From a virus (lineage: Duplodnaviria; Caudoviricetes): a stretch of 33,685 bases of DNA. Location: positions 1 through 33,685 of IMG/VR virus record IMGVR_UViG_3300032290_000684, one strand, 5' to 3'. This document shows, in pieces, positions 1 to 9,800 of the stretch. The notes beneath the pieces are model-generated. The model ran no database searches, was not told where the DNA came from, and was given only the letters and a program-made list of their open reading frames with translations. Position 1 is the stretch's first letter; every line of letters starts with the position of its first letter. Both the position numbers and the translations under genes were made by a program.

Positions 1-78
1 CACTATGGTATTAGCGAGGTTGCAGCTAAAAAGCGTTGCAGAATATTGAAATTTAATTGGTCTTATGAACGTATCTGA
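1..78 (+). CDS. 3' end of a truncated upstream gene (possible HTH-like tail of an HNH-type protein)
   Basis: Frame 1 is open from base 1 ([25 protein letters not shown]) to TGA at 76-78, overlapping the lysozyme start. The GI..R..WS.ER pattern resembles phage HNH-associated tails. Only 25 codons visible. Confidence 0.35.
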   Translation, partial: HYGISEVAAKKRCRILKFNWSYERI

Positions 79-541
79 CAAAGCCATCAAAATGATTAAG
101 CACCATGAGGGCGTTCGCCAGCGTCCATATCGCTGTCCCGCAAAATTGTGGACGATTGGTGTGGGTCATGTACTCTACCCACGGCAAGGTGCTTTAAAAA
201 TAGATGAGCGGGATGCCTACGCACTGGAGTATAAAGATGACCGTACCTTTTCTATGGAGGAAGTAGATGACATTCTTAGAGACGATCTTAATCGCTTTGA
301 GCGAGGTGTTGAACGCTTCTGTCCTGTCAAGCTCACTCAAGGTCAATTCGATGCTCTTGTATCTTTTAGCTTTAATGTTGGTCTGGGAACACTACAGCGC
401 AGCACCCTCCGTCAGAAGGTTATTCGGGGCGAAATGGAAGAAGCAGCAGAAGAGTTCTTGAAATATACGCTGGCTGGGGGTAAAGTACTAAAAGGTCTAG
501 TAACCCGCAGGAACGATGAACGTGCCTTATTCTTAAGTTAA
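65..541 (+). CDS. Endolysin, GH24 phage lysozyme
   Basis: HEG-x6-CP-x4-TIGVGH catalytic region, [13 protein letters not shown] and [13 protein letters not shown] motifs typical of GH24 lysozymes. Confidence 0.95.
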   Translation: MNVSDKAIKMIKHHEGVRQRPYRCPAKLWTIGVGHVLYPRQGALKIDERDAYALEYKDDRTFSMEEVDDILRDDLNRFERGVERFCPVKLTQGQFDALVSFSFNVGLGTLQRSTLRQKVIRGEMEEAAEEFLKYTLAGGKVLKGLVTRRNDERALFLS

Positions 542-542
542 T

Positions 543-2588
543 ATGCCACTACAGAAACTACAATTTAAGCCAGGGGTCAATCGGGATCAGACAAACTACA
601 CCAACGAGGGTGGGTTCTTTGAGTGCAATAAGGTGCGCTTTCGTTCTGGCTATCCTCAAAAGATTGGCGGTTGGTTACGCTACGGGACATTTACAGTAGT
701 AGGTATTTGCCGTCAGATGTTTAACTGGATTACCACGGCTTCGGATAACTATCTAGCCCTTGGAACGTCTAAAAAACTTTACATTGAAGCGGGTCAAATT
801 CTAAATGACATTACCCCTATACGGCAGACTTTTACTAGTCCAACTACCAATAACTGTTTTACCACGGTCAATCTTTCTAAAACCGTCACCGTTGCAATTA
901 CATCCCATGGAGCTTCAGACGGAGACTATGTAACCTTTTCAGGAGCTACAGCGGTAGGCGGGATTGCTGCGACCACTCTAAATACTGAGTTTATTATTAC
1001 TTTAATAGACGCAAACTCCTTTACGATTACCGCTGCGACTGCGGCTACGTCTTCGACTTCTGGCGGTGGCACGGGAATTACAGCAGCTTTTCAGATTAGC
1101 GTAGGAAATAATAATGCTGCATATGGAAACGGTTGGGGTGCAGGTACATGGAGTCGTGGAGCTTGGGGTTCTGGAAGCGCTACGCCAGTCGTTCTTTCTC
1201 AACGAGATTGGTTTTTACAAAACTTTGACAATGATTTAGTCGCTAATATTCGTAATGGCGTTATCTATTATTGGCAATATTCAGGCGGTCCATCAACTAG
1301 AGCTACCCCACTGGCTACTACAACCATAGACGGTGTTGCTCCTGCTGATGTTCCTACACAAGCAATGCAGGTTCTAGTCTCTCAGAACGACAAACACCTA
1401 CTTTGCTTTGGCGCTACCCCTTATGGAGGAGGTTCATTTGACCCTCTATTAATCCGCTGGGCAACCCAAGATCAGCCTAATGTATGGACACCTTTAGTAA
1501 CTAATTCGGCAGGTTTTGTACGGGTATCCCGTGGTTCTGCGATTGTTTGTGCAGTAGCAACTCGCCAAGAAATTTTGGTTTATACCGAGGGAACTTTAAA
1601 TTCTCTCCAGTTCGTAGGCACCACAGACGTCTTTAGTCTTAACGAGCTTTCGGACAATATCTCAATCCTTAGCCCCCGATCAGTCGTAGTAGTAAATAAC
1701 ACGGCTTATTGGTTTGGGCATGACAAATTCTATGCCTACACAGGACGGGTTGAGACTTTGCCTTGTACGATTAGAAATCACGTCTTTCAGAATTTAAACT
1801 ACAGTCAAGCCGACCAGATTGTTTCTGGATCAAATGAGGGCTGGAACGAGGTCTGGTGGTTCTACCCAACGGCAGACAGTCAAATCAATAACGCCTACGT
1901 CATCTACAACCACTTAGAAAAGATTTGGTACTACGGCACGATAGACCGTACTGCGTGGTCAGATTCGTCTCTAAGAGAATACCCTCAAGCTGTTACAGGA
2001 ACCTATGTTACAGGCTCTATTGCTTCTACGACTTTGACAGTTACTGCGGTCTCGGTAGGCGCTTTACAAGTTGGCTCTGTTATTACTGGAACGGGCGTAG
2101 CTACAGGAACCACAATAACGGCTCTAGGCACTGGGACTGGCGGGATTGGGACTTACACAGTCAATATTTCTCAAAGTGTCGTATCAACTGCTATTACGGC
2201 TGACAGTATTATTTATAACCACGAGCAGGGACTAAATGACGGCACGAATGCGATGACATCGTTTATTTCATCTTCAGACTTTGACCTGGTAGATGGGGAT
2301 CAGTTTATCCTGACTAAACGGATTATCCCTGACCTTAGTTTTGCGGGATCGACTGCCACTTTGCCTGCGGTCACAATGTATATAAAACCACGGAACTTCC
2401 CTGGGAATGCCTATTCAAACGTAGATTCTGAACAAGTCATTGAGACTTCCGTAGACGTATATACCGAACAGATCTTCATGCGGGCTAGGGCTAGGCAGAT
2501 GGCTATTCAGATTGAATCAACCGACTTAAACGTCCAATGGCAGTTAGGTAGTCCAAGATTGGATGGCAGACCAGATGGGCGCAGATAA
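543..2588 (+). CDS. Podovirus tail/head stabilisation protein (P22 gp10-like, tail tubular B-like) with inserted beta-rich domains
   Basis: 681 aa; N-terminal [30 protein letters not shown]...[20 protein letters not shown] and C-terminal [18 protein letters not shown] are typical of this family; lies ahead of ejection-type proteins. Confidence 0.75.
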   Translation: MPLQKLQFKPGVNRDQTNYTNEGGFFECNKVRFRSGYPQKIGGWLRYGTFTVVGICRQMFNWITTASDNYLALGTSKKLYIEAGQILNDITPIRQTFTSPTTNNCFTTVNLSKTVTVAITSHGASDGDYVTFSGATAVGGIAATTLNTEFIITLIDANSFTITAATAATSSTSGGGTGITAAFQISVGNNNAAYGNGWGAGTWSRGAWGSGSATPVVLSQRDWFLQNFDNDLVANIRNGVIYYWQYSGGPSTRATPLATTTIDGVAPADVPTQAMQVLVSQNDKHLLCFGATPYGGGSFDPLLIRWATQDQPNVWTPLVTNSAGFVRVSRGSAIVCAVATRQEILVYTEGTLNSLQFVGTTDVFSLNELSDNISILSPRSVVVVNNTAYWFGHDKFYAYTGRVETLPCTIRNHVFQNLNYSQADQIVSGSNEGWNEVWWFYPTADSQINNAYVIYNHLEKIWYYGTIDRTAWSDSSLREYPQAVTGTYVTGSIASTTLTVTAVSVGALQVGSVITGTGVATGTTITALGTGTGGIGTYTVNISQSVVSTAITADSIIYNHEQGLNDGTNAMTSFISSSDFDLVDGDQFILTKRIIPDLSFAGSTATLPAVTMYIKPRNFPGNAYSNVDSEQVIETSVDVYTEQIFMRARARQMAIQIESTDLNVQWQLGSPRLDGRPDGRR

Positions 2589-2887
2589 TGGCAATGCAAA
2601 AGTTCCGAGCGCCAGCCTTGCCGCTTGCGACACCAGAATACGACCAACAGCAACTGTCTCAGTTAATCGGGGTTTTAAGACTATATTTCACCCAGTTAGA
2701 CTCAAACGTGCCTTTACAGGCAGACGGGATCAGACTGTTAAATTTGCCAACATCGGGGTACAATTTGCCAGACGGCACTGTATTTCAAGTTGGCGAAGAC
2801 TTGCGGATTGTTGTACCTTATATTTCTTATCTATTTGGAGTATCAGCCACAGCTAGTGTGGGGACGGTAACGGTGACTATTGTATGA
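2588..2887 (+). CDS. Small virion-associated protein
   Basis: 99 aa, start overlaps the previous stop; APALPLATPEYD..LRLYFTQLD pattern often follows the stabilisation protein. Confidence 0.65.
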   Translation: MAMQKFRAPALPLATPEYDQQQLSQLIGVLRLYFTQLDSNVPLQADGIRLLNLPTSGYNLPDGTVFQVGEDLRIVVPYISYLFGVSATASVGTVTVTIV

Positions 2888-2909
2888 ACTTTAAACCTAA
2901 GAGGCTTGT

Positions 2910-4316
2910 ATGGCAGGCTTAAAAACACTCGCTAAAGAACTTCAGAGCAAAGGTCGCTATGGCGATACTATCCTTGCCCATATTAATCCTCAAGAAGCAG
3001 GCATTCTAAAAGCCTTGGGTGGCTCAGGAACAAGAAACCCAGTTACGGGTTTACCCGAATACTTCTTTAAAGGTGTTTCTAGGGCGATTGCCGCACCTTT
3101 TAAAGCAGTTAATCAAGTAGTTAAAGCAATCCCAGTTATTGGTCCAGCTATTGATAAAGGATTAGTAAGTTTAGATAAAGCCGTAGGAAGTGCAATTCCT
3201 GGTGGTTGGAATACCCTTGCTCAAACAGCTTTAGCCTTTACCCCACTTGGACTGCCAGCAAAAGTAGGTCTTGCAGCTTTGGGTGGTAGCGGTGCTTTTG
3301 GCAAAGAAGGTAAATTTAATTTCCAAAAAGCATTACTAAGCGGTGCTATGGCTTATGGTATGAATCAACTAACCGCTGGTCTTCAAAATGCTGGCAGTAC
3401 AGCATACGATCCTTCTGCTGGTTTAACAAGTGCTACTGCTCAAACTCCTGTTACTGGTTCTGGTGATGTATTTAGTGGTTTAGCTGGTTCTGGTGGTCCT
3501 CCTGTTGAAGTTGCCCCAGAACTATTTAAAGCAGCTCAAAGCAATATAGACCCTTCATTTCTAGAAGGCATGAGCGCCTCTGATGTGGCTGGCGCCAATG
3601 TATTGCCATCTGTACCAAATGCCCCAGCACCTTCATTCTTACAGCAAACAGGGGCTAATTTGTCTTCTGCTGGTCAGGGTATAAAAAATCTATCAGGATT
3701 TGGTACTGGCACAGTATCAGAAGCTGCTACCAAATTTGCTGCCCCTGTAACAGCTGCTGGTATGACAGCTCTTGGGGTAGGAACTATGGGTCTTGCATCT
3801 TTAGACGAACAAGAAAAAGCATTAAGCCAACAATATCAACAGGGACAGGTAAACGATACAGAATACAATCGCCAGATGGCATTGATTGCTGATGGACGCC
3901 GCCGTGCTGAAGAAGCTATTAAGGCTAACCCATATCAATTTGCTAGAGGCGGTCAAGTAGACGATGAACTTGGCGGTGATTACTCCGCTATGGGCATGGA
4001 TCAAGGCAACCTACAAAAAGGTTTATTTGGATTAAATTACGCCATGGGTGGAAACGTTTCCACTCCTAGGTTTTTATCAGGCGGTGGAGATGGAATGAGT
4101 GATTCTATTCCTGCTCGTATTGAAGGCAAACAAGAAGCCCGTCTTGCTGATGGCGAGTTTGTAGTTCCTGCTGATGTCGTTAGTCATTTAGGAAACGGCT
4201 CTTCCAAAGCAGGGGCAAAACGCTTATATTCCATGATGGATAGGGTGCGTCATGAACGCACAGGCACTAAGAAACAGGGTAAGCAAATTAACCCAATGAA
4301 GTATATGCCAGCTTAA
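2910..4316 (+). CDS. Internal virion / DNA-ejection-type protein
   Basis: 468 aa, Gly/Ala-rich; N-terminal GRYGDTILAHINPQEA..GGSGT.NP.TGLPEY and C-terminal GDGMSDSIPA..LADGEFV motif (also seen in tape-measure-like proteins); GAGG RBS. Confidence 0.7.
   Translation: MAGLKTLAKELQSKGRYGDTILAHINPQEAGILKALGGSGTRNPVTGLPEYFFKGVSRAIAAPFKAVNQVVKAIPVIGPAIDKGLVSLDKAVGSAIPGGWNTLAQTALAFTPLGLPAKVGLAALGGSGAFGKEGKFNFQKALLSGAMAYGMNQLTAGLQNAGSTAYDPSAGLTSATAQTPVTGSGDVFSGLAGSGGPPVEVAPELFKAAQSNIDPSFLEGMSASDVAGANVLPSVPNAPAPSFLQQTGANLSSAGQGIKNLSGFGTGTVSEAATKFAAPVTAAGMTALGVGTMGLASLDEQEKALSQQYQQGQVNDTEYNRQMALIADGRRRAEEAIKANPYQFARGGQVDDELGGDYSAMGMDQGNLQKGLFGLNYAMGGNVSTPRFLSGGGDGMSDSIPARIEGKQEARLADGEFVVPADVVSHLGNGSSKAGAKRLYSMMDRVRHERTGTKKQGKQINPMKYMPA
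4048..4063. repeat. 16-bp palindrome GTGGAAACGTTTCCAC, copy 1
   Basis: Perfect palindrome inside CDS 2910-4316. Confidence 0.95.
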
Positions 4317-4325
4317 GGATAAATC

Positions 4326-5267
4326 ATGCCAGTACAAACAACTACAGTCACAGGCCAACAAGCCATCCCAGAACAGTTAATGCCCTATTTTACGGGGGCA
4401 TCTGGTATTCCTGGTCTGTTACCAAAAGCACAAGAAATATTTTCTAAGGGTTATGCCGAGCAATACGGAGATCCTTTACAACAAGCAGGATTGGCTGGTA
4501 CTGGTCGTATTGCCCCTATGTCTGCTATGCAACAACAGGTAGGTCAACAATTAGGACAGATGACTACCCCAACACAGTTTGGTATGGGCGCAGGAACAAC
4601 AGGCGCTGGTGCTGGCGCTATCGGTATGGGTTTAGGAACTTTAGGTGGTATGACAAACGCTGGTCAAGTTGGTCAGTTTATGTCTCCCTATATGCAAAAC
4701 GTATTAGACGTTAATAAAGCCGAAGCTCTAAGGGACGCACAAAAAGGTTTGATGACGCAAAACTTAGGCGCTGCCCGTCAAGGAACTTATGGTGGCGCAC
4801 GTCAACTATTGGCTCAATCTGAAGCAGATAGAAACTTACAAAACAGACTTGCTCAAATTCAAGCCCAAGGTATGCAGTCTGCATTTGATGCAGCGCAAAA
4901 AGCACAGTTGGCTCAAGCCCAACAGTATGGACAGTTTGGTCAACAGTTGGGTGCGTTGGGTGATGTATACACCCGTGCTGGAACAGCTCAACAAGCATCT
5001 GATATTGACCGTCTCAAAACTATGGGTGCTTATGGTGACTTACAACGTGCCTTTGAGCAACAAGGTATTGACGCACGATATCAAGACTTCCTTAAGCGGA
5101 TTGAGTACCCACAGCAACAGCTTGGTGGTATGGCTGACATCCTTCGTGGTGTGCCAATATCTAAAGTTGGTGAGACTCAAACAACGACAACACCTCCTCC
5201 CAGTTTTGCTAGTCAATTAGCTGGACTCGGTTTATCTGGTTTGTCTCTCTTTAATATGTTGAAGTAA
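4326..5267 (+). CDS. Internal virion / DNA-transfer (pilot-like) protein
   Basis: 313 aa, Gln/Gly/Ala-rich; FMSPYMQNV, GTYGGARQ, YQDFL...YP.QQL motifs and a hydrophobic Gly-rich C-terminus; AAGGA RBS. Confidence 0.7.
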   Translation: MPVQTTTVTGQQAIPEQLMPYFTGASGIPGLLPKAQEIFSKGYAEQYGDPLQQAGLAGTGRIAPMSAMQQQVGQQLGQMTTPTQFGMGAGTTGAGAGAIGMGLGTLGGMTNAGQVGQFMSPYMQNVLDVNKAEALRDAQKGLMTQNLGAARQGTYGGARQLLAQSEADRNLQNRLAQIQAQGMQSAFDAAQKAQLAQAQQYGQFGQQLGALGDVYTRAGTAQQASDIDRLKTMGAYGDLQRAFEQQGIDARYQDFLKRIEYPQQQLGGMADILRGVPISKVGETQTTTTPPPSFASQLAGLGLSGLSLFNMLK

Positions 5268-5276
5268 GGATTACAA

Positions 5277-6827
5277 ATGAGCATCCTTAGCGCCCTAAGA
5301 ACACAGTCTAATTCCATAGATGATTTGGCTAAATTGCCACAGGCAATGATTATGCAGATGGCTCAGAAGGGTCAAATTCGCGAGGATATGCTTGCCCCCA
5401 TTCTTTCTCGTAAAGCCGAGCTTGCTCAAGCTGCCGCTAATATGCGGGCAATGCAACAAGGTGATGCAAAGCAAACTGTAATGGAACAAATCCTTAGTCA
5501 GAACGCTATGGCAGAAGCACCTGAGTCAGCACGAGATATGGGTGTGGCACAGTTACCAGTACGGGAAGATATGTATAGCCCACAAATGATGGCTGGCGGT
5601 GGCATTGTAGCCTTCCGAGACAATCCAGATCAGCCAGTATCACTAGATATGCCAACTAGAGATCTTACAGAAGAAGAACGTGCATCTTTACAAAATAACC
5701 CATATTTACAACGTAGCCGTGGTCTTGCTAATTTTGGTCGTCAATTAGGACAGGCCTTTACTGATCCTAGAAACTACAACCCAGTTAGTCTTTATCAACG
5801 ATATATTGGCGATCCGTTTGCACAAGCAGCAAATAAATTTGTAAATGAAACTCCAGAAGAACAGGCAAAAAGATTCCGCACTGCACAAATGGCTCGTACA
5901 GGCGAGATCCCTATGTTTGCTGGTACTGATTTAACAACCAAAGGTAAGATGGTTGCAGAGGGCAGAATGAAGCCTAATGAAAGCGTTACTGATGTAATTC
6001 AAAAAGAACGTAAGCAACAAGTAGCAAGCAGAGATTTTGATACTACTGAGCAAGATAAGTCTGCTAAAAAAAGTGGAAACGTTTCCACTGCTAAGGTTGA
6101 GCCACAAGTTAAAAAAGAACCACCAACACAAGACAATAAACCACCAGAAGAGCCACTGTATTCTAAGTATGAAAAGATGCTTATGGATGAGCGTGAAGCT
6201 GCAAAAACAGCTAGAGAAGATGCCAAAAATGCCAGAATGTTAGAGGCTGGTCTGGGTATTTTAGGCGGAACTTCCCAGTATGCTCTTGAGAATATTGGTA
6301 AGGGCGCTGCCCCAGCACTTAGAGGCTATGCAGAAGATGTTAAAGGCTTACGTGCAGAAGAGCGTGGTCGTGTTAAAGAACTTCTTGGCATCGAAGGTAT
6401 GCGTCAAGACGCTAAGAGAGCAGCAGATGAACTTGCAATTCGCAAAGAATTGGCTGGATATACTGGACGTCAGGCAGCTGCCGCAGAAAAACAAGCAGGA
6501 AGACAAACCAGCACTGAGCAAATTATTGCCCTTGGTAAGAGCGCAGGTCTTAATGATCGTGAGATTATGACAATGCTATCTGGCGCATCTAAAGATCCAG
6601 ATCTGTCTGCCCGTAATATTGCTATGAAGGCATTCTACGAAAGCCCAGTATTACAAGCTCAATATAAGAATGACATTAACGCATTCTTAAAAGCACAAGG
6701 AATTGGCAGTCAAGCACAAGGATTATCATTACCAACAGGTTTACCGCCAGGATCAACGCAAGTAGGCACATCACAAGGAAAGCCAGTTTATAAAACACCA
6801 GATGGTAAACTAGTTACTGCTTCTTAA
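5277..6827 (+). CDS. Internal virion / ejection-type helical protein
   Basis: 516 aa; MAGGGIVAF motif, coiled-coil character, between the pilot-like protein and the giant protein; AAGGA RBS. Confidence 0.6.
   Translation: MSILSALRTQSNSIDDLAKLPQAMIMQMAQKGQIREDMLAPILSRKAELAQAAANMRAMQQGDAKQTVMEQILSQNAMAEAPESARDMGVAQLPVREDMYSPQMMAGGGIVAFRDNPDQPVSLDMPTRDLTEEERASLQNNPYLQRSRGLANFGRQLGQAFTDPRNYNPVSLYQRYIGDPFAQAANKFVNETPEEQAKRFRTAQMARTGEIPMFAGTDLTTKGKMVAEGRMKPNESVTDVIQKERKQQVASRDFDTTEQDKSAKKSGNVSTAKVEPQVKKEPPTQDNKPPEEPLYSKYEKMLMDEREAAKTAREDAKNARMLEAGLGILGGTSQYALENIGKGAAPALRGYAEDVKGLRAEERGRVKELLGIEGMRQDAKRAADELAIRKELAGYTGRQAAAAEKQAGRQTSTEQIIALGKSAGLNDREIMTMLSGASKDPDLSARNIAMKAFYESPVLQAQYKNDINAFLKAQGIGSQAQGLSLPTGLPPGSTQVGTSQGKPVYKTPDGKLVTAS
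6073..6088. repeat. 16-bp palindrome GTGGAAACGTTTCCAC, copy 2
   Basis: Perfect (18 bp with flanking A/T), inside CDS 5277-6827. Confidence 0.95.
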
Positions 6828-6836
6828 AGGACAGTT

Positions 6837-9800
6837 ATGCCTATTAAAGAGTTTACTGGTGAGCTAGACAAACCATTAGAACTAAAGCCGTTTACTGGTA
6901 CGTTAGACAATCCAGAAGATCAAGCAAAAATTGCCCGTGGATTTGTAGGCGGCGCTAAAGATATTGGTGCTAGTTTTGTATCTGGCGTTGGCAATCTCAT
7001 GCAATTGCCAGGTCAGATCTCTGAATTGGTAGGATTTACCAGAACAGGTGATCTTCCAGAGCAACAGAAGACTGGTCTTCAGGCTTTGGGTGCAGACATC
7101 CAGAAGTTTGGTGAAGAAGCTAAATCTCCCACATTAGTTGCTAAAGAACAGTTGCGGGCCAGAGAGATTGCGAAAGCCGAAGGGTTCTTTCAAGAAGCTG
7201 GCGCAGCTCTTAGAACAACCGTTACTGACCCAGCCTTACTGACATCATTTTTTGCCGAGCAGATTCCTAACCTAGTTGGTACATATGGATTCGGTGCTTT
7301 AGGTAAAGGCGGTGCTAAGTTGCTTATGAAAGAAGCAACAGAACAAGCCATGGCAAAGGTTGGCGTAGGTTCAGCCGTTGCTGGCGGTGCAGTCATGCAG
7401 GGTACAGATGTAGGTTATGACACCTATCAAACCATCTACAAACAGTTAAGAGAACAAGGCGTTCCTGATGAAGAAGCTCAAGGAATTGCTTTATCTAAAG
7501 GGCGTGTAGCCGCTATTGAAGCAGCAGGACTAAGCCTAGCATCGGCTAGATTGCCTGGCGGTACAGCAATTGAAAGAGCATTAGTTGGAAAAGGAATGCC
7601 TGGTACAGCAGGATTCCTAAAGAGTACTCTTGGAGAGGCTGCATCCGAAGCTCTAGAAGAAGGTGGCGGAGCGTTTGCTAAACAAGTTGGAATCCAAGAA
7701 GTATTCCCAGAGACTGATCTACTAAAAGGTGTAGGTGCAGCAACCGCATTAGGTGGCTTAGGTGGTGTATTACTAGGCGCTCCAGCAGGAGTGGTAAACG
7801 CACTACGAGCAAGAGGAGAAGTTCCTCCGCCAACTCCATTAATCCCGCCAACAGAAACGCCTACTGGAGTTATTCCTCCAGAAGTCTCAACGCTTCCACC
7901 TGAGACCCCTATTACAGATGTTACCCAAGCCACCCCACCTCAAGTAACTCCGCCAGAAGTTACTCAAGCTCCTCCAGCTCAGGTAACTCCTCCTACATTT
8001 GCAGAGCCAGCAGAAGATCCGTTTAAGAATTACTTTACTGGTATGCCAAAGGGTTCTGAGATCCTATTCCAGAATCGTGATCGTTCTACCCCAGCATCTA
8101 TTGCTCAGATGCAAAGCATTGCTTCTGCGCCAGACTACAAGCGGGTTAGCTACTCCAGAGACTTTGGTAATGGTGCGCCTGTAGTTATCAGCGACATTGA
8201 TATAGAAAGCTCATTGGCTAAATATCCAGATAGTCCTATTGGCGTTACTGGTGCAAAAGACTTTGCTGTATTGCCTAACGGACAAAGCGTTCCCATGATG
8301 TATGCCGTAGTTGAAAACGGAGTTTTGCTTACATCCAACAACGCAGACGGATCTAAGAGAGCGCTATACGAAGATCCAGATAAACCAGGATTGCGGGCTA
8401 TTGCTGGTAATGGACGGATTGCTGGCATTACTAAAGCATACACAACCCCAGAAAATTATGAGGCAGCAGAGAAATACAAGAGTGACCTGATTGCCGATGC
8501 TAAAAATTTAGGCATTGATCCAGAAGTAGTCAATAAAATGACAGCACCTGTTTTAGTTCGGGTGATGCCTAAGTCTTACCTAACACCTGATATCGCAGAT
8601 CTTTCGAATAGACCTACAGTTGCCAGACTGTCTCCCGTAGAAACTGCCAAGAATGATATCCGTAGGTTTGACTTAGGAGGACTTGAGTTCAACGAAGATG
8701 GCACTCCATCAGGGAAAACCCTAATGCAGTTCATCAATGCGATGCCTGTTGAGGAACGAACCGAACTAACGGATAAGTCTGGAAGACCAACCGCACAGGC
8801 TATAGACCGCCTTGCAAACGCTATTTTCCAAAAGGCATATGGTAGTGACTCCCTAATTGATTTATACGCTCAGGCAGCCGATCCTGAAGCCAAAACCATA
8901 TTGAATGCACTAGCTAGAGTAGCGCCTAAGATGGCACAACTAGAAGGTGCTGGTGAGTATGACGTCCGTAATGCCCTAATCCAAGCTGCTGAATTGGCAG
9001 TAAACGCTAGACGGGCTGGCACGAAGTTAGCCGATGCCGCTAAACAGATCAGTATGGATGTAGATCCTAATGCTGGGTTAGTCCTAGATATGTTTGCCAA
9101 GAATATCCGTTCTGGTAAGCGGATTGGTGAGCGCCTAAACGCATTAGCAGATGAGGCTTTGGCACAAGTTCAGGCTGGTGGCACAGATATGTTTGGTGCT
9201 GTTCCTAAGAAGCCATTATCTGAAATCTATAAGGCACTAGAAACCCCACCAGAAGAGCCAGGGTTATTTGCAGAGCCTGTTCCAGAAAAACCAAAAACTG
9301 TTACTGATGATGGAGGAGAAAAACTTTCTTTCCCATTATTTGTTGATATGGCAGATAAGGGATACAAAGTTCTTAGCTTTGATAACCCACGTACTTATCA
9401 AACAAAAAACGGTAACAAGTATAGAACCATTGAAAAAGATGGTGTTCGTCTAGCTTTAAATCCAGGCGAAATTATATTTGCAGATCCAAACTATCCTAAT
9501 CGTTCCCCTAGCTTGGGATATGGCGAATCAAATGAAATAACATGGCACTTTATTGGCGTAGATAAAGACAAACGTAAACAAGGTAAAGCCACTCAAGCTA
9601 TTCAAGACTTAATTGATGTTGCTGACAAAAATAATTACACGCTTTATGGAGAGCCAGCCGAGCTTGAAAAAGGCGGTATGACAGCAGAGCAACTGTCTAA
9701 TTTTTATAGTAGGTTTGGATTCCAGCCAAGTGAAGTAAGCAAAAAAGTTATTATTCGTGAGCCAAATCAAGCCTCTAAAAAAGAAATTAAACCAGAATCA

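Noticed and set aside
267-461. Nested spanin (Rz1-like) within the lysozyme
   Set aside because: No lipobox cysteine or Pro-rich mature region; treated as an alternate-frame ORF.
4789-5220. 143-aa overlapping ORF in the pilot-like gene
   Set aside because: No clear RBS or motif; composition is typical of a shifted-frame shadow.
7884-7899. Additional palindrome copy GTCTCAACGCTTCCAC
   Set aside because: Four mismatches and the left arm is lost; compatible with chance.
7920-7995. VTQA.P.QVTPP tandem repeat
   Set aside because: Ordinary Pro/Thr linker duplication.
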